DNA of 64,000 nucleotides from Adineta vaga (lineage: Eukaryota; Animalia; Rotifera). The position numbers and the translations under genes were made by a program. The notes under the pieces are model-generated. The model did not search any database. It saw nothing but the letters and a program-made list of their open reading frames with translations, and had not been told where the DNA came from. Below are positions 39,343-52,231 of the stretch, piece by piece (within the stretch, counting starts at the first letter, position 1; the number at the start of each line of letters is the position of its first letter). The stretch is from positions 8,122,001-8,186,000 of the forward strand of contig CP075494.1 in assembly GCA_021613535.1 (NCBI GenBank). The letters run 5' to 3'.

Positions 39343-40794
39343 GTAATATTTTATGTTTATTACTTTATTTGATCAATCTTTAGATAAAAATCGTAGAAGC
39401 TTATTCTTCAATGTTTGTTTTTAAAAGTAATTGTGCTCTATTATTAATAGTCGTGTTGAGAATTTTCTATATTTAAACATAAACATAATATACGTATTTA
39501 GGATAAGATTGTTTAATAGACATGAAGTCAAAAAGTCAAGATATTATTATGTGGCTTAAGCGTAGATAAATTTATCATCAGAACAATTATTTAGATTATC
39601 GATCATTTAAATAGTTGTCTCAGATTAATTATACCATGAATAGAAAAACTTCCTGTTTTCTATTATTTTTTTATTCAAGTATCTTTTGTAATAAATGAGC
39701 TGCGTGTTCAACAATCTATTGTTAAGATAAAAAAAAGATAAAAAGTCAGGATTGTCATAAAGAGAAATTAGAAATACAAGACACCATCAAAGATTGTAAT
39801 GTAAAATGATCTATGTCGATAAAAGAAATCTATAGAAATGTACTTTTGCTAAATTGATTTGAACATTCATCAAAATCACCTCATATTTGCGCTGAGAAGA
39901 ACCAAGTGATTTAGAATTGAATGTAACGACGTCATTGTGAAAATTCCTGAATCTTTTATTCTGTATAAATATACATTTGATTTGAGAAGTGTCGTATGTG
40001 TGTATTTCTCTTGATTTATCTATACCGACTATTCAATTAATATTTTGCATCACCTCGTCTTTGTCAAATAGATTGAAAGAAACAAAAAAAGACAAATAAT
40101 GTTCTTTCCATCCGTTTGTGTACTTTATCTATATAACAAACGAATGCTTATGTACATTAAATTAAGAAAATACAGAAAATATAAAAAAAAGGATGTCAGT
40201 CTCGACTCTTTTTTCTCATTTATCTGAGAACTAGAAACAGATGGACAGTATTTGTCAAAAGATCCAATCATGCTTTCTTTCATCACGTTACATTGCGAGA
40301 ATGAGTCAATGACATTTTCATTCTTTTGTACGAAGTTGTCAGAAACATTCCCTAAGTAAGACTTCGGAAGAAGTCTATGTTCTTCTTTTCCTTCTAAATC
40401 AGTTTTTAATGACATTTTGAAACTACATTTTCATCTACAGGCGACAAGTATCACTTCAATCTTTACACTTACGTCCATTTTCTCTCACCCACATATTTCA
40501 GATAATAAGTGATAAGAATTCTCAAACGCTTTTTTCGTCATTATGAGGATCATTTAAGTAAACTTTTTACAGAAAGAACAACTGAAACGTATTACATTGC
40601 CTTTTTGCATATTAACAGCTGAGTTCTTTTTTTCTCTTTCTTCTTCCGTAAATATACTACAACTTCTTTTCTTCTCTTTCCATTTTCTCTGTCATTGTTG
40701 AAAATCTTATTTAATAAAGATAATGTAAATACTTGCTTTTAACCATCTTATCGTCATCATTAACATCTTCTTATTGAATATATCCTAATCAAAC

Positions 40795-43351
40795 ATGAGT
40801 ATCATCGATAGTCATTTCTTTATTGAAGAATCAAAATCCTACCATCAACAACAGCAGAATACATATTCTTCAGTTAGTTCTAACATTCATTCATTTTCAT
40901 TGAATGATATGACAGAGATTGATTTGACACATATATCTCATCAGAATGCGAATGGTAGTACCACTGATATCATAATCAATTTTAAATATTCAATCTTCAT
41001 ATTTCAAATCAGTTTGGGATTGATTTGTGCTTGTCTCTGTCTATTAACAATAACGGGTAATCTTCTTGTACTTATTACATTTCGTCGTATACGAACAGTA
41101 AGTATTTGACGATAAGTTAAGATTAAGAACACAAAAAGCAAAATCAAAATGAAGTTTTTATCAATCTCTTATAATGTTTTCTTCATATTTTGTAGGTTGG
41201 TAATTTGTTCATATTGAGTCTTGCTTCTGCAGATTTAATAGTCGGTTGTTTTGTCATGCCCATAGCTGGGATATATGCGATTATGGAAAATTGGAATATG
41301 GGTAGGTCATGTGATTTTGTTTTCATGTCCAAAAAATTTCAAGTATTCTATAATTTTCTACATTGAATCTTCCCACTAATCAATGATAAATTATATAGAG
41401 CAGACATAAAACATGTAGTTAAGAATGCTTTCTTTAGAATTACAATAAATATTATGTAGGAGCAAGGGCATTTTTTTGTGATCACATGAAAGTCGAACGA
41501 TATACTCAAAGGAATATAAAAGAAGTTGTTAATAAATATACATAATATGCAGTTATGTCGGATAAGGCACGCCGAACAAAATTTAATTAATATATATACA
41601 CAAATGTATCTAGTGTGATTAATGTCCATTAATCAAAATAATACTATTTTATTTCATGATACATGAAAAGACATTGACATAGGAATATCTGTTCTTTTAG
41701 GTCTTCTTCTCTGTCAGATATGGATTTCAGTTGATTTTACTGCTTCAACTGCATCAATATTCAATCTTCTTACATTAAGTCTAGATCGTTATTGGTCTAT
41801 AACATCTCCATTACAATATCTAAGTAAACGAACACGAACACGAGCTCTCTTATTAATTGGTTTTGCATGGGGTTTATCACTTCTTTGGGTAATTCCAATT
41901 TTTGGTTGGCATCGTTTGGTTAATAATGGTACAAGATATATTGATGTAAGTATTCAATTGTCAGAGAATAGAAGAGTAGAATGATTTTTTCCTATCAATC
42001 AATCTAGTCAACAAAATGTGAACCTGAATATACTCATTCAAAAGTCTTTAAAGTATCAACAGCGATAATCAATTTTTATCTACCATTATTGGTATTAATG
42101 TCATTAAATGGTCGAATCTATTTCGAAATTAAACGACGTTATAAAAATGCACTCTTACAAAGATATTCGAATAAACCAGTAAATGATTCTCCAAATACAT
42201 GTAAATTACATTCACAAAGAAAGAATTCTCGTTTACCAATAACAATGATGTTATATGATAGTGAAAAACAATTATGTCCATCGACATCTAATCTAATTGA
42301 TACTGATTCAGTAAATGTATCGAAACGTTTACTAAGTAAACAGGATAATATTTCATCACTACGAATAAATTATACAGAGAGAAAAAATCGACCAATTCTT
42401 TCGCCACATATATCAAATCCACGACGATTATCAACAAAATATTCGTATCCATTTGTAGAAAATAATCATTGTACTCAAGTAAATATTGTCTGTAGAATTT
42501 CGTAGATATGTATATATGTCATCTAGGATGAATTAACATGGTTTGCTCATCATGAACGTACACGTTCTTCAATAAGTCCAACACCAATTTCACGTCGTCA
42601 TCGTGCTGGATCAAAATATCGTTTAAATGTCGATGAACGATGTTTTAAACATTCAAATAATTGTCCTTCATGTTCAATTTATATCAATGAACATGTCGAT
42701 ACTTTTCCAAGACATCATTGTGATTGTTATCAATCGTATTCTACATCACGTCGAGCAACTGTTGTCTGTCGTCGTTGTTCATCCATTGATACCATGCGAA
42801 CATCAACAGGACAAACAACAGCAACAACTACAACATTGAATATATTTAGTCTTTGTCATTGTTGTTCATCAGCAACATCAGCTATAACAATTCATTCAAA
42901 TATTGATTCATATGAAAGGACACGAAAACTATCTGCTACATCTGTATCATCAACAACAAGTCGTAGACAACGTCGAATGTCTTCATATAGTTTATCACGA
43001 AATAGTGTTGTATCAAATCTTTTACCTCATTCAAATTCATATCTGTGTACACGTCCACCGAATAAAATCAAACAAGCAACTGTATGGAATCAACAAGAAA
43101 AAGCATTTCGACAATTATTTGCTATCGTTTTTGGTTTTACGATATGTTTTCTTCCATACTTTATTCTTTATATGGTTGTTGCTTTCTGTGGTTCATGTGT
43201 ATCGGAACGATTTTTAACTGTGACAATTTGGCTTGGCTATGTTAATTCAACAATAAATCCATTTCTATACGCTCTTTCCAATAAACATTTTCGACGAACA
43301 TTCAATCGGCTTTTAAAACGTGATCACCGGCGGCAGTCTTCGTATAATTAA
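40795..43351 (+). CDS. Class A aminergic GPCR, histamine-H1/muscarinic-like (first exon B 40795-41097, shared exons from 41196)
   Basis: TGNLLVL, VGNLFILSLASADLIVG, TM3 VDFTASTASI..LDRY, WVIPIFGW, INFYLP, long ICL3, KAFRQL..CFLPYF, WLGYVNSTINPFLY. Confidence 0.92.
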
Positions 43352-43554
43352 GTCAACTAAAGAGAACTCTACCAATATTGTTTGTTTAATAAAATTTTTT
43401 ATCAAAAGAAAAACGTAATTCAAACATTTCCCTTTGAACTTGTCTAGTACTATGTACTCATCATCGGATGTTTACTTACAAACAGTGAAAAAAGTAAATT
43501 GTTTATTCAAGAGAAATGTTTTCATTTACAAAATAATTTGTACAAGATTTATTA

Positions 43555-44347
43555 CTAATGAAAATATTCATTGGGTAACCAATGATTAAGACCAGTTATA
43601 ATCCAACTATCATCTGTCGTATTTCGACTCAGATTACGTAAAAATTTATAATTACAAACAATAATATGATCACGCATATTTCGTAATGTTGCGAACCAAT
43701 TTGCTGCAGTTACATTAGTACTTTGCATCATTTCTTCTTGATAAGATTCAGGATCTTTAAGTATATGAAAGATCATGGATATTTCTACTGAACGTGTATC
43801 TAAAGAATCTTTCAGATTGGAATTATTGAATAGCAGTCAATTTCATTTACTTGTTTGTTCATTCATCATCATATTAATTGAATATGGATGAGAGAAAATT
43901 ATTTCATTATCTTCAACAGGAATTTGTTGTCGTTGTTTAAATGATAGTTGATCGTAATTTTGTTTGACTTCATGAATAACCTAAATTATCGATCATATTT
44001 TGATGTGTATGATTCGAAAAATACAAGACATATTCTACCTCTTGAGTAACAAACTTAGGTAAGTCATCAAATTGACCATTACCAACAAGATGTGAAACAA
44101 CAGTTAATGCTTGTCGTGCACCTTGACAGAATGGTTTAATAGCAAATGTGGAATCAAAATAACCATTGATTATGATTCGAGAAAAGAAATTTTTCATCAT
44201 TAGACCTAAATTTGGAGCAGCAACATGAGGAAGATTCATTAACATTAATGGACGATGATGATCGGTAGACATAAAACGAATTATCTTCATCAAAGGAGAA
44301 TATTTAGGAATAGATCTAAGAAATGATTGACTGATGATCGAAGCCAT
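43555..44347 (-). CDS. MAIP1: m-AAA protease-interacting protein 1-like (mitochondrial), 3 exons
   Basis: Basic presequence-like N-terminus; YFDSTFAIKPFCQGARQALTVVSHLVGNGQFDDL..VTQEV; IVCNYKFLR...SWIITGLNH. Confidence 0.8.
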
Positions 44348-44601
44348 CTACTACTAAAGATGAATAAATGAATGAATAAAGCAAATATTTGACATAGCTT
44401 GGATAAAATCCAATAGAAATAAGAACTTTCTTCAACAGATGGCATCAGCTGATACAACTCATCCGTTAACTATTAACTACTACATAGTCATTTTCATAAT
44501 GAGCACAGTTTTTCAGCATAAAAAAGAAATTCCATAGAATATTCTGATAGTTTACCGAATGATATATCTTTACTCTGCACATATATTTCATCGAATTATA
44601 G

Positions 44602-46004
44602 TCATGAAAAAATATAAAAAACGAATAGATTTAGAATGATTAAAAGCATAGACATTTCATTATGAATAACACCTTTGGAAATGAAATCATTCGTTTGAAG
44701 ATAATTATTTACTGCTCGTGTCCATATTGCATAACCTTGTTCATTCATATGTAAATTATCTTCGATGAATAATTCTTTTCGAGGTTTACCATCAGCTGTT
44801 AACATTTCATTAAAAATATCGATATAAGAAACATGATGCATAGTTTGAATATCATTTTGTATGAGATAATTTGTTTGATTCACTTGTTGAATTTTATCAA
44901 AACGACTTGGACTTGGTTTAATCGAAATATAAGCAATGGGTAATGATGGAAAAAATCGACGAATCATTGAAATCAATTGACGAAATATTAAATGAATGTT
45001 TGCTGATGTTTCACCAGAAGAAATGTCATTTTCACCAGCATAGATAAATAATATACGTGGTTCTAATGGTAGAATAATTCGTTTAAATTGTTGATAACAT
45101 TGTTTTAACGTTGATCCACCAAAACCTCGATTAATAAGATTCATTCGTGTATGAGAAAAATCATTGTTTAATGATGACCAATATCGAATTGATGAACTAC
45201 CATAGAAAACAATCGATTGTTGTTTCATATCTTTTAATGAACGATCAAATCGAAGTAAAGCATTTTCAAATGAACTATTCGAAAGAATTTCATTTGGATT
45301 TTCATCATTAACATAGGTACAATTCATGGCATTTCGTGTATAACGTGTTGATGTATCAGAATCATCCAATTCAAATGATGGTGTACATGTACCATTCGAT
45401 AGACGACTCCACAGAATATCACCATTAGAAATTTGTCGCCGCCAAAAACAAGACGTTTTATTAACATAAATTAGAAGACCTAAGAAATGATTTTAATATA
45501 AAAGATGATTTTTTTAGTTCAAATAATTGATACCCTTTGAAGTATCAGTCAATATTTGATAAGTTCCTTGATTATCAGTATTGTTAATCTGTATGAAATT
45601 ATTTATCTAAATGAAAAAAGAATTAACAGATAAATACAAGAAGATTCTAATGAATATACCCAAGTGTCTTGAATATTATTCAACCAATTTAATGTAAATG
45701 TTTCATTATTATAGAAAAAAGCTTGACCAATTTGTCGATAAGAATTCTGATTCCCTGTACTAATACACCATAAACCACGAAATTCAACCGGTGTTGATGG
45801 ATAATGATCTATTTTATTTCATATTGATAATTACAAAAACAAAAGATCTAGTCTTGTCTTACTTTGACATAGAAGAACTTCGATAAAAACGAAAAGAAGA
45901 GCTATTCGGTACATTTGCAAATGATCTTTGAAACATTCGTTGTTATTGTTGTTTTTATATTTATAGAAATGATATTTACCTTTTGGATTAAATCCAGTTT
46001 TCAT
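44602..46004 (-). CDS. SGNH/GDSL hydrolase (bacterial-type catalytic domain) with signal peptide, unknown N-terminal domain and hydrophobic C-tail; multi-exon
   Basis: Blocks FYGSSSI, NRGFGGS, YAGENDI, DNLHMN; 5' small exons encode MYRIALLFVFIEVLLCQ; C-terminus MSMLLIILNLFVFYIFS*. Confidence 0.85.
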
Positions 46005-46543
46005 AAGCTGTATGATTAGATCTTGATGTTATTGATATTTAAAGAACAGTGAATTTTAGAATATTTATTTTTCAGTATTTGGTTTGTGCTTCTCGCTCTT
46101 ACCCACAGAATGTAATTTTTGTCTATAACATTTTAACCGATACATATTTCTTTATTGTATAATCTGAATTAAGGAAAGTGTATCTGACAGATATTATGAC
46201 CAATATGTTTTGATAAACTTTCGAATGAAAGTATAACTGATCAGTTTAATTAACAATTTCATGCATTAGTTAGTGTAGACATGTTATTGTAAACATTGAA
46301 TATCGATCATCAATCGATAAAAATAAAAAGATAAGATCTGTCTATCTTTATCATCAGTTGTTATTGATGATACGATGTCTAAACGACAAGATCATTATAT
46401 TATAATTATATCATTTAAATCTATGATAACAGAATCAAAGAAAATTTAACACATTTGTTTGTTCATAGTTTATTTCGAATGATTGATGAATTTCAATATC
46501 TTTATTGTTTATGTCTTTCTGTTCTAATTATTAGAAATAAAAT

Positions 46544-46870
46544 TTAATTTTCTTCCATCACGGCATTCACACATCGAGTTCGACATGAACACATTGGTCG
46601 ACAACATTTTTGTGTACTTGCACAGTTACCGTCATCTTTACAAAGTGGAATCAATTCTTCAGGACGACATACCCGTCGACGACAATGAATATGTATCAAT
46701 AAATTACTCGATGGACATCGACCTAAATTACAATCAAAATCATTCTCGTTATAATTCTATGCCAACTCACCTTCATGTACAATTACATCACGACGTTGTT
46801 TCGATCCAGCATAGATCGAACTAATAAGTACTAATAAAAGTACGAAGGTATGTTTAAGTGTAAAAGTCAT
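46544..46870 (-). CDS. Secreted WAP (four-disulfide core)-like peptide, 92 aa, 2 exons (46870-46771, 46722-46544); absent from the ORF track
   Basis: MTFTLKHTFVLLLVLISSIYAGSKQRRDVIVHEG|RCPSSNLLIHIHCRRRVCRPEELIPLCKDDGNCASTQKCCRPMCSCRTRCVNAVMEEN*; 48-nt GTGAGT..TAG intron. Confidence 0.85.
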
Positions 46871-47154
46871 GTGAAAAAGTATCTACGTGTTCATATTGAA
46901 GCGTATTTATAAGTATTCAAACATTGATGTGAATATTTCCATATGTTTATTTTTATCATCGACTTCGATCTTTGATATTAACTGCGTATGATTCTCGAGA
47001 GAGAGAGAGAAAAAAAACATCTATTACGAAGTGGGTTGAATGATTCATCGAATTTATTTAAAGAAAAAGGTTTTCGAAAGGACAACAGTTTGACGGCTAC
47101 GAAAAAAAAGAAGGAGACATTTGAAATACAATGTGTTTTATTTTGTGAATCTAT

Positions 47155-49066
47155 CTACTGAAATATTTGTGTAATAATTGCTTTTTCTTCGTTATTATTA
47201 TCAATCAAACGTGTTACCATTTTACGGCCAATACCCCATGTTTCGATCTTATCAGCAATGATTGTATCACCTATTGATCTTGCCGAATTAGGACTATTTT
47301 TCGATAAAATACGAATTGTTTGTCTCGGTCGTAAGTAGAATGTTGGTGAAAATTGATAGACAATTTCGGGTTCTTGATCAATTTGACGGCGAATAATCCA
47401 TTTTTGAAATGATTGTTCATTACCACTATACTTTTCATTGACTAAGATTACACAATCGAGTTCTAAATCGACTGAATCAAATGAGATTGGACCTATAGAA
47501 AAAGAAGAATGAATTCTTTTATAATGAAATTCTTTTATTCTATTCTACCTCGTGCTGTTTTTTGTACAGTCATTTTCTTTGTTGTTAAATCACTTGGAAT
47601 TCGTTCAACTGTTGGTTGACTTTGATATGTTCCAATGGAAGCTGATGGTGCTGATGATGATGATGAAGAAGTTAATGGTAAATTTTGTGCTTGTTGTTCC
47701 ATTCGATTTAAATGTTGTTCTTCAACATGTAATAAACGTCCATAAGTTGACAATTCAAAACGTAATGAAACATTATTTTCTAAAAGATTATCAATTGTTT
47801 CTTGTTTATCATTGATAAGTTCTCGTAATTGTACTATTTCTTGATCATGTCCTTGTCTATCACGTGCATTTTCTTGTTGAATTCTTTCTAAATCTTCTAA
47901 AATTGCATCTAATTGTGATTGTAATTGTTGATTTTCTTCTTGAAGAGTGTAAAATACATCTTGATTTTCACGTAATGATGATGTTAAATGTGTTTTATCC
48001 ATGGATTCAATAACACCTTCATTAGCTAATAAACGTTTTCGTTCAGTTTCAGCTTCCATTTCTGCACGAACTTGTTCAGTTTTAATACGATAATATTCTT
48101 CTAATTCATTAACTTGTGATTGAGAAAGAACTTCGAAATCTTGTCGAATATCTGATATAGCATGAGCTAATTCAGCACGATAGAAACCTGAGACATCGAG
48201 TACAGGTGTACCTAGAAGATGACAATCAATTGTATGAATGATTTCTAACAAACATAAATTGATTTCTTACTAAGTGATACTAATTCATTTCGTTGAGCTT
48301 GATGAATAGCATCTTGAAAAGCGGCATGTTCACGTAAAGTTTGTAATTCATTTTCAATAACAATACGTTCTAACTGTTGATTGTCTAATTCATTTTTTAA
48401 ACCATCTATTTCTTTAAGTAATTCTTCCATAATACTTCGTTGTCGAGCTAAATCACCTATACGTTGATCAAATTGATTTCGTAAATGCTCTAATTCACGA
48501 TTTGTATTATCTAATTCTTGTTTTAAATGATTCAATCGATTAATATCTGTTAAATCATCAAATGTTGCGATTTGTTGTTGAATTTGCCAAAGATCATATT
48601 CATGTCGTTTTAATTGAAGTTCTTGAAAAGCTCGATCACGCATGGCATTATCAATTTGTTCTCGAAGTGCTTGTAATTGAGGATTATAAACTGCTTGTAA
48701 TTGAGTTGCATCACCACCCCAAGCTTGTTTTAAATCGTTTAAATCAGATGATAATTTATGATTATGATTTTCAAGATAATGCACACGATCCAAATAGACT
48801 GCAAATTTATTATTTAATTCTTGTAATTCACGTTGTTCATCCTGATGTTGTTTAACAATTGTTGTCATAACAGCTGTAGCTGATGTATGTCCACTTGGTC
48901 GATTATCATCACTAACTGGTCGTAAACCACGTTCTATCAATGTTCGACGAATTACAGTTGAATCATCATGTTGTGATGCTGGTCTTGGAGAATTATTTCC
49001 ATAAATTTTATTTCTCTCGGATTCATTGGAGGTGGAAGGGTTCGTATTATCATTTGTGTTACTCAT
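47155..49066 (-). CDS. Protostome-type cytoplasmic intermediate filament protein with lamin-tail domain
   Basis: LQELNNKFAVYLDRVHYLE (coil 1A), ELSTYGRLLHVEE (coil 2 end), QKTARGPI and lamin-tail domain (WIIRRQID, WGIGRKMVTRLID); no CaaX end. Confidence 0.9.
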
Positions 49067-50744
49067 CGTTGTTCTGAGTAGATTAAAATAAATACAAAAG
49101 AATACAAAAGAAACCTATTTATCGTATCTTCAAGAACCACTATTCTCAATAATATGGTTAATACAATGCAAGAAAGAATGTACGAAGACAAAAAAAAAGA
49201 AAAAAAAAGGAATAAGTGATAATATGCTTCTAATATATTTTTCTCAGTACGTGCAAGTATATTGCTTCTCTTGTTGCGGTTAATAATACAATCAGCTGCA
49301 ATATCTTCCTTCTTCTTCTTACACTCGGTCTCGCTTTTTCCTTTCTATGCCCATCTGTACAGAACGACAGTTGTGTCCAATCGATTAGTTGTGCCTTTCT
49401 AACAAGTTAGAATACAGACGAATATTTGCATAGAAGAATATGGTTAATTTTTATCGTCCTCCTTTTCTTTTAACCTGTCTGGTCATGCATCATTGATCCT
49501 TTCCTTTCTTTGTAATTGCATACTGATGAACAACATGCAAAGAATATATCGAAGAAACGAACGATAGTTTTCTTTTACCCAATAAAAACAGACACTATTC
49601 ATCATGATACATATCTATAAAAAAAAGAAAAGGAAAAAGAAAATTAATAGAAAAAACTTATACTTGAAATACAAATATTTGTCATGGTTTAGCACTAGAC
49701 TTGTTTCAAGAGGAAGCAAGATAATTAAAACAATCTTAAACATTACATCTACTACAGATTCAATTAATTGCTTGTATTTACCTATCATCGTTCAAGGTCT
49801 AGGAAAAATGATGATATTCTTTCTCACTCTCTTTCAACATATATCTTCATGAATAACGTTTTCGATTAATTATATTTGATAGCAATTAACAAACAAACAA
49901 TTAACTGTTTAATTAAAGGTCATGTGACTTGTTGGCTATATCAATTTCCATCTCAGCAGAAAAAATAACAAATCATACCTACTCTTTCGTTAATTATATG
50001 TTGATCATCAGAGAGAAAAAACATACTCAATATTAAACTAAAATTTCTCATTAGCAAAAAAGAAATAATAGTTGAAGATTAGATTACTCTACAGTAAATC
50101 ACCTGTTAACTTCATGCAGAATAGTTGCTATGCTTGAGATCAAATCATAATTATTTTTACATATGATTCTGATGTTCCTGGAATGATTAATTACTTATAC
50201 CGACTAGTAGAGATTTATTTTGTACGATGATATACAATCGATCAAGTACGTATCATAAAAATAGTTTTATTAGTAAATTTTCTTCAATCAAAACAAAACA
50301 AACCTTGAAAAGAATCTGTTCATACATGTGTCAATCAATACAAAAGAAAAATTCTATCAAGGACAATCATACATAATAACAATTATCCTTAATAGACACG
50401 TATATATCAGACATATTGAAAGTTCAATCGTCGTATATGTTTTATAAACGAAAACATGACCTATATATTACACAATCATAATATTTAAATTTCAAAAAAT
50501 CAATGTCTATGTGTAAAAAAATAGACTAGTTTTTAACAATAAAAACCGTGTTCTTGACGTACATATGAATGATTCAACTGATACGTTTTTTTCGTAATTA
50601 CAATCATCAATACACACGCGCATATCGATTGATAAACATCATTCAATAAAAATCATTTGTCCTTCTCACATATTTTCTTTCCATCGTTCTATACAAAGAA
50701 GTACATTTGAATAATTATTGATTGATAAAAAATAACCTTAAACA

Positions 50745-52231
50745 ATGCCTGAAAGTAAGTTCCATAAAATTTAGAATTATCTCTAATCATTTATCTTTAT
50801 ATTTTTATTCTGAAAGTTATCGAATGTTGTCGATCATTTAAACATAAAATGTGCTCAAAAAATTTCCGTGTTTTTATTATGTTTATTCTTACAATTACAA
50901 CAGCAACTGTTGAAATTATCTTTGGTATTCGTGTACATTCAAATTCTTTAATTGCAGATGGATTATATTCATTTGCTGAAGGTCTATGTTTAATTGGTGT
51001 TATGTTAGTTCTTCATTATTCACGTGGAAATTATGCTCAAACAAATAATACATTTGGATATGAACGATTAGAATTATTATTTGGTTTAATTCAAGAAGTC
51101 TTTCTTCTTTCGATTTCATTAGGTATTATTGTCGATGCTGTTAATCATTTAGTTAATCCAATACATGTTCATGATCCAATGTTAATGATTGTTCTTGGAA
51201 TAAGTGGAATCTTTGTTGGATTACTTGGAATGATTATGTTTTGGGGTTATCATCATGATCATGATATTAAAGAAGAAATAACTGAGAAGAAGAAAAGAGA
51301 TTTTCTTGCTTGGACAAGTAAGCATACGAAATTGAAAAAGAAATCACCTGTAGCATCGCCTCAACATACGATTGTAGAAACGCCATTGTTGGAAAATAAT
51401 GAACCCAATGAACAACAAAATACTGATGCAGATATTGAAGTAAAACCACAATCAATACCTGAACTTGAAGCATTCACATATGAAAATGTTGAAATTGAAG
51501 AATCAAGAGTTTATGCAACTCTACATGCTCTATGTTTACATTCATTGGTAAAGTTTTTCAGGAAAATATACTCTAATCTAATCTTCTTTAGTGTACATAC
51601 AGGTCGTTTTATTTGAATCAATCATTGTTGTTTCATCAGGTTTATTGATTCATTTTATTCCACACATTGATCCAATAACAGGAAAAGAAATAAATACTTG
51701 GTTGAAATACGTTGATCCATGTTTAACTTTGATCATGGTTGTTATCATTGCAATTCGTGCTATTCCTGTTATTCTATCAATAAGTGAAATTTTAATTGAA
51801 AATGTTCCGGCAGGTATTGATACTGAAGTAGTAATGAAAGAGATTATCGAAGCTATACCAGCAATTAAAAGTATACATAGTTTTCATATTTGGAGGTACA
51901 TTTAATTCTATTTGATTATTCGAGAAAAAGAATGTTTTTAATAAATTTTAGAGCATCAGCAAAGGAAATCTATGCAACATTACATTTAGTCTGTGATGAA
52001 GATATAATGATAAGCACATGTACAAATGAATATGGACGAAAAATACAAAAACTTTTCAAAACTTATTGTATTCGATATTTTACTTTACAATTTGAATATG
52101 TCACATTAAAACAATCTGATCGAGTATCTGTTTATCGTTGTGCTCATGTTTTACATCGAAGACAACGTGGTCATACGTCAGATGAACCGGTTATGAACTC
52201 AGCAAAAGAAGCAATTGCTCGTATTAGTTGA
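50745..52231 (+). CDS. Cation diffusion facilitator (ZnT1/SLC30-like) with atypical metal site, multi-exon
   Basis: SNSLIADG, NTFGYERLELLFGLI, His-rich loop YHHDHD, YVDPCLTLIMV, ILIENVP, IHSFHIW, ATLHLV, TLQFE. Confidence 0.88.
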
